Source: Campylobacterales bacterium (lineage in GTDB: Bacteria; Campylobacterota; Campylobacteria; Campylobacterales; Sulfurimonadaceae). From it: a DNA stretch of 10,602 nucleotides. Every line of letters begins with the position of its first letter. Position 1 is the stretch's first letter. Positions 8,838 to 10,602 of the stretch are shown here, in pieces. Made by a program: the position numbers and the translations under genes. The stretch covers positions 1 through 10,602 of the forward strand of contig JBBRBK010000070.1 of NCBI GenBank assembly GCA_038205935.1, given 5' to 3'. The notes beneath the pieces were generated by a model. The model worked only from the letters and a program-made list of their open reading frames with translations. It ran no database searches and was not told where the DNA came from.

Positions 8838-8847
8838 ATTTTTTTAT

Positions 8848-10602
8848 TTACGAAACGGTGACTTTTATCTCATCACCCTGCGCATCAAAAGCCACAGTAG
8901 CGCCCTCAACAACTTCTCCACCGAGAATAAGATCAGCAAGTCTGTCTTCTACTATCTCATACAAAGCACGTTTAAGCGGTCGCGCTCCATATACAGGATC
9001 AAAACCGGCTTCTGCTATTAGCTCTTTCGCGGCTTCGCTTAGAGTGATTGTGATATCTCTTTCTTCAACTTTTTTAACAATCTCGTTAAAGAAAAGATCC
9101 ACGATTCCTTTAATCTGCGGACTTCCAAGCGGATTAAAAATGATGATATCATCGAGTCTGTTTAAAAACTCCGGCTTAAAAGCAAGTTTTAGCTCATTCA
9201 TCACCGCATCACGCATCTTGTCATACTCACCGCCCATTGTCATAATCTTATCACTTGCGATATTACTTGTCATAATAATAATGGTGTTTGTAAAATCGAC
9301 CGTCACACCTTTATTGTCCGTTAAACGCCCATCATCAAGCACTTGAAGCAAGATATTAAAAACATCTGGATGCGCTTTTTCTACTTCATCTAAAAGTATG
9401 ACACTATAAGGTTTGCGACGTACTGCCTCAGTAAGCTGTCCACCCTCATCATACCCGACGTATCCCGGAGGTGCACCAACAAGGCGGGACACAGCGTGTT
9501 TTTCCATATACTCACTCATATCGATACGAACCATTGATTCTTCTGTATCAAAAAGAAATTTTGCCAATGTTTTTGCTGTTTGCGTTTTTCCAACACCCGT
9601 TGGTCCAAGGAAAAGGAAACTTCCTATTGGTCTGTTTTTATCACTAAGCCCTGCTTTATTTCTTTTAATTGCTCGTGCTACTGCATGCGTCGCACGCTCT
9701 TGACCAATGACTGAAATATTGAGTTCATCTTCTACATGTAAGATCTTTTCTTTCTCACTTTGTAGCATTTTACTCACCGCAATTCCCGTCCATCTACTGA
9801 CAATAGAAGCAATAGCATCTTCATCTACACTATTTTTAAGAAGTGTGCCTTCCTTTTGCATCTCTTTCCACTTTTCATGAAGAGAGTTTTCCTCTTCTAA
9901 AAGTTTAGGAACTATGCCGTATTCGATCTCTGCGGCTTTATTATAATCACCACTGTTTTTCGCAAGTTCTGCTTCACGCTTTTTAGATTCGATATCAGAT
10001 TTGATAGTCGCAATATTTTCAAAGATTGCTTTTTCATGATTAAACTGCGATTCTAAAGCACGTTTTTCCTCTTCAGCATCCGCAAGCTCTTTCGCGATCT
10101 CTTCAATTCTTTTTGTATTACTTGCAGATTCCTCCATTTTAAGAGCTTCTCTTTCTACATTTAACTCTTGAATCTTTCTTTTGATAAAAGCCAGAGCATT
10201 TGGTTCACTCTCTATTTGCATTTTGAGTTCAGCCGCCGCTTCATCGATGAGATCGATCGCTTTATCTGGCAAAAATCTATCTGTTATGTAACGCTCGCTG
10301 AGTTTTGCAGCTGCTACAAGTGCTGAATCCGTAATTGTAATATTATGAAATGTCTCAAGGTTTTCTTTGATTCCTCGAAGTATCTGTAAAGCCTGATTTA
10401 CACTTGGTTCATCCACACGTACGGGTTGAAAACGTCTTTGAAGTGCCGCATCTTTTTCAAAATATTTTCTATACTCTTTTAGTGTTGTAGCACCAATAGT
10501 GCGAAGTTCTCCACGTGCAAGAGCAGGTTTTAAGATGTTTGCCGCATCCATACTTCCCTCACTTGCCCCCGCACCAATGATCGTATGAATCTCATCTATA
10601 AA
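8848..10602 (-). CDS. clpB: ATP-dependent chaperone ClpB (partial; 5' part lies outside the window)
   Basis: The frame is open to the window edge ([34 protein letters not shown]1 Walker B). Also [24 protein letters not shown], a long coiled-coil M domain diagnostic of ClpB, NBD2 [17 protein letters not shown] and YGARPLKR. Confidence 0.96.
   Translation of the reverse strand, partial: FIDEIHTIIGAGASEGSMDAANILKPALARGELRTIGATTLKEYRKYFEKDAALQRRFQPVRVDEPSVNQALQILRGIKENLETFHNITITDSALVAAAKLSERYITDRFLPDKAIDLIDEAAAELKMQIESEPNALAFIKRKIQELNVEREALKMEESASNTKRIEEIAKELADAEEEKRALESQFNHEKAIFENIATIKSDIESKKREAELAKNSGDYNKAAEIEYGIVPKLLEEENSLHEKWKEMQKEGTLLKNSVDEDAIASIVSRWTGIAVSKMLQSEKEKILHVEDELNISVIGQERATHAVARAIKRNKAGLSDKNRPIGSFLFLGPTGVGKTQTAKTLAKFLFDTEESMVRIDMSEYMEKHAVSRLVGAPPGYVGYDEGGQLTEAVRRKPYSVILLDEVEKAHPDVFNILLQVLDDGRLTDNKGVTVDFTNTIIIMTSNIASDKIMTMGGEYDKMRDAVMNELKLAFKPEFLNRLDDIIIFNPLGSPQIKGIVDLFFNEIVKKVEERDITITLSEAAKELIAEAGFDPVYGARPLKRALYEIVEDRLADLILGGEVVEGATVAFDAQGDEIKVTVS

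Noticed and set aside
8858..9703. Plus-strand ORFs 8858-9346 and 9413-9703
   Set aside because: Antisense shadows of the highly conserved clpB frame, with no SD or recognisable family.

Overview
AT-rich bacterial chromosome segment. Protein sequences, gene order and promoter style point to Campylobacterota, probably Sulfurimonas-like (inference). Most of it is housekeeping DNA on the minus strand: the 3' part of clpB, a small tetra-CXXCH periplasmic protein, the rpmH-rnpA-yidD-yidC-jag(khpB)-mnmE-ruvX operon (rpmH is absent from the ORF track), ilvC and elyC. The plus strand carries two hypothetical genes and the 3' end of a probable ankyrin-repeat gene. Most notable: (1) a 106-bp TA-bounded palindromic element, ERIC/RPE-like, fused to the ilvC stop codon; (2) a tetraheme-type protein built from an exact 41-aa duplication with two extra Cys, apparently on a leaderless mRNA; (3) a recurrent palindrome CTTACATGTAAG found in different reading frames and in non-coding DNA; (4) a probable sigma28-driven hypothetical gene; (5) an rnpA start that lacks the usual coupling codon. 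No rRNA, tRNA, CRISPR array, transposase or phage gene was seen.
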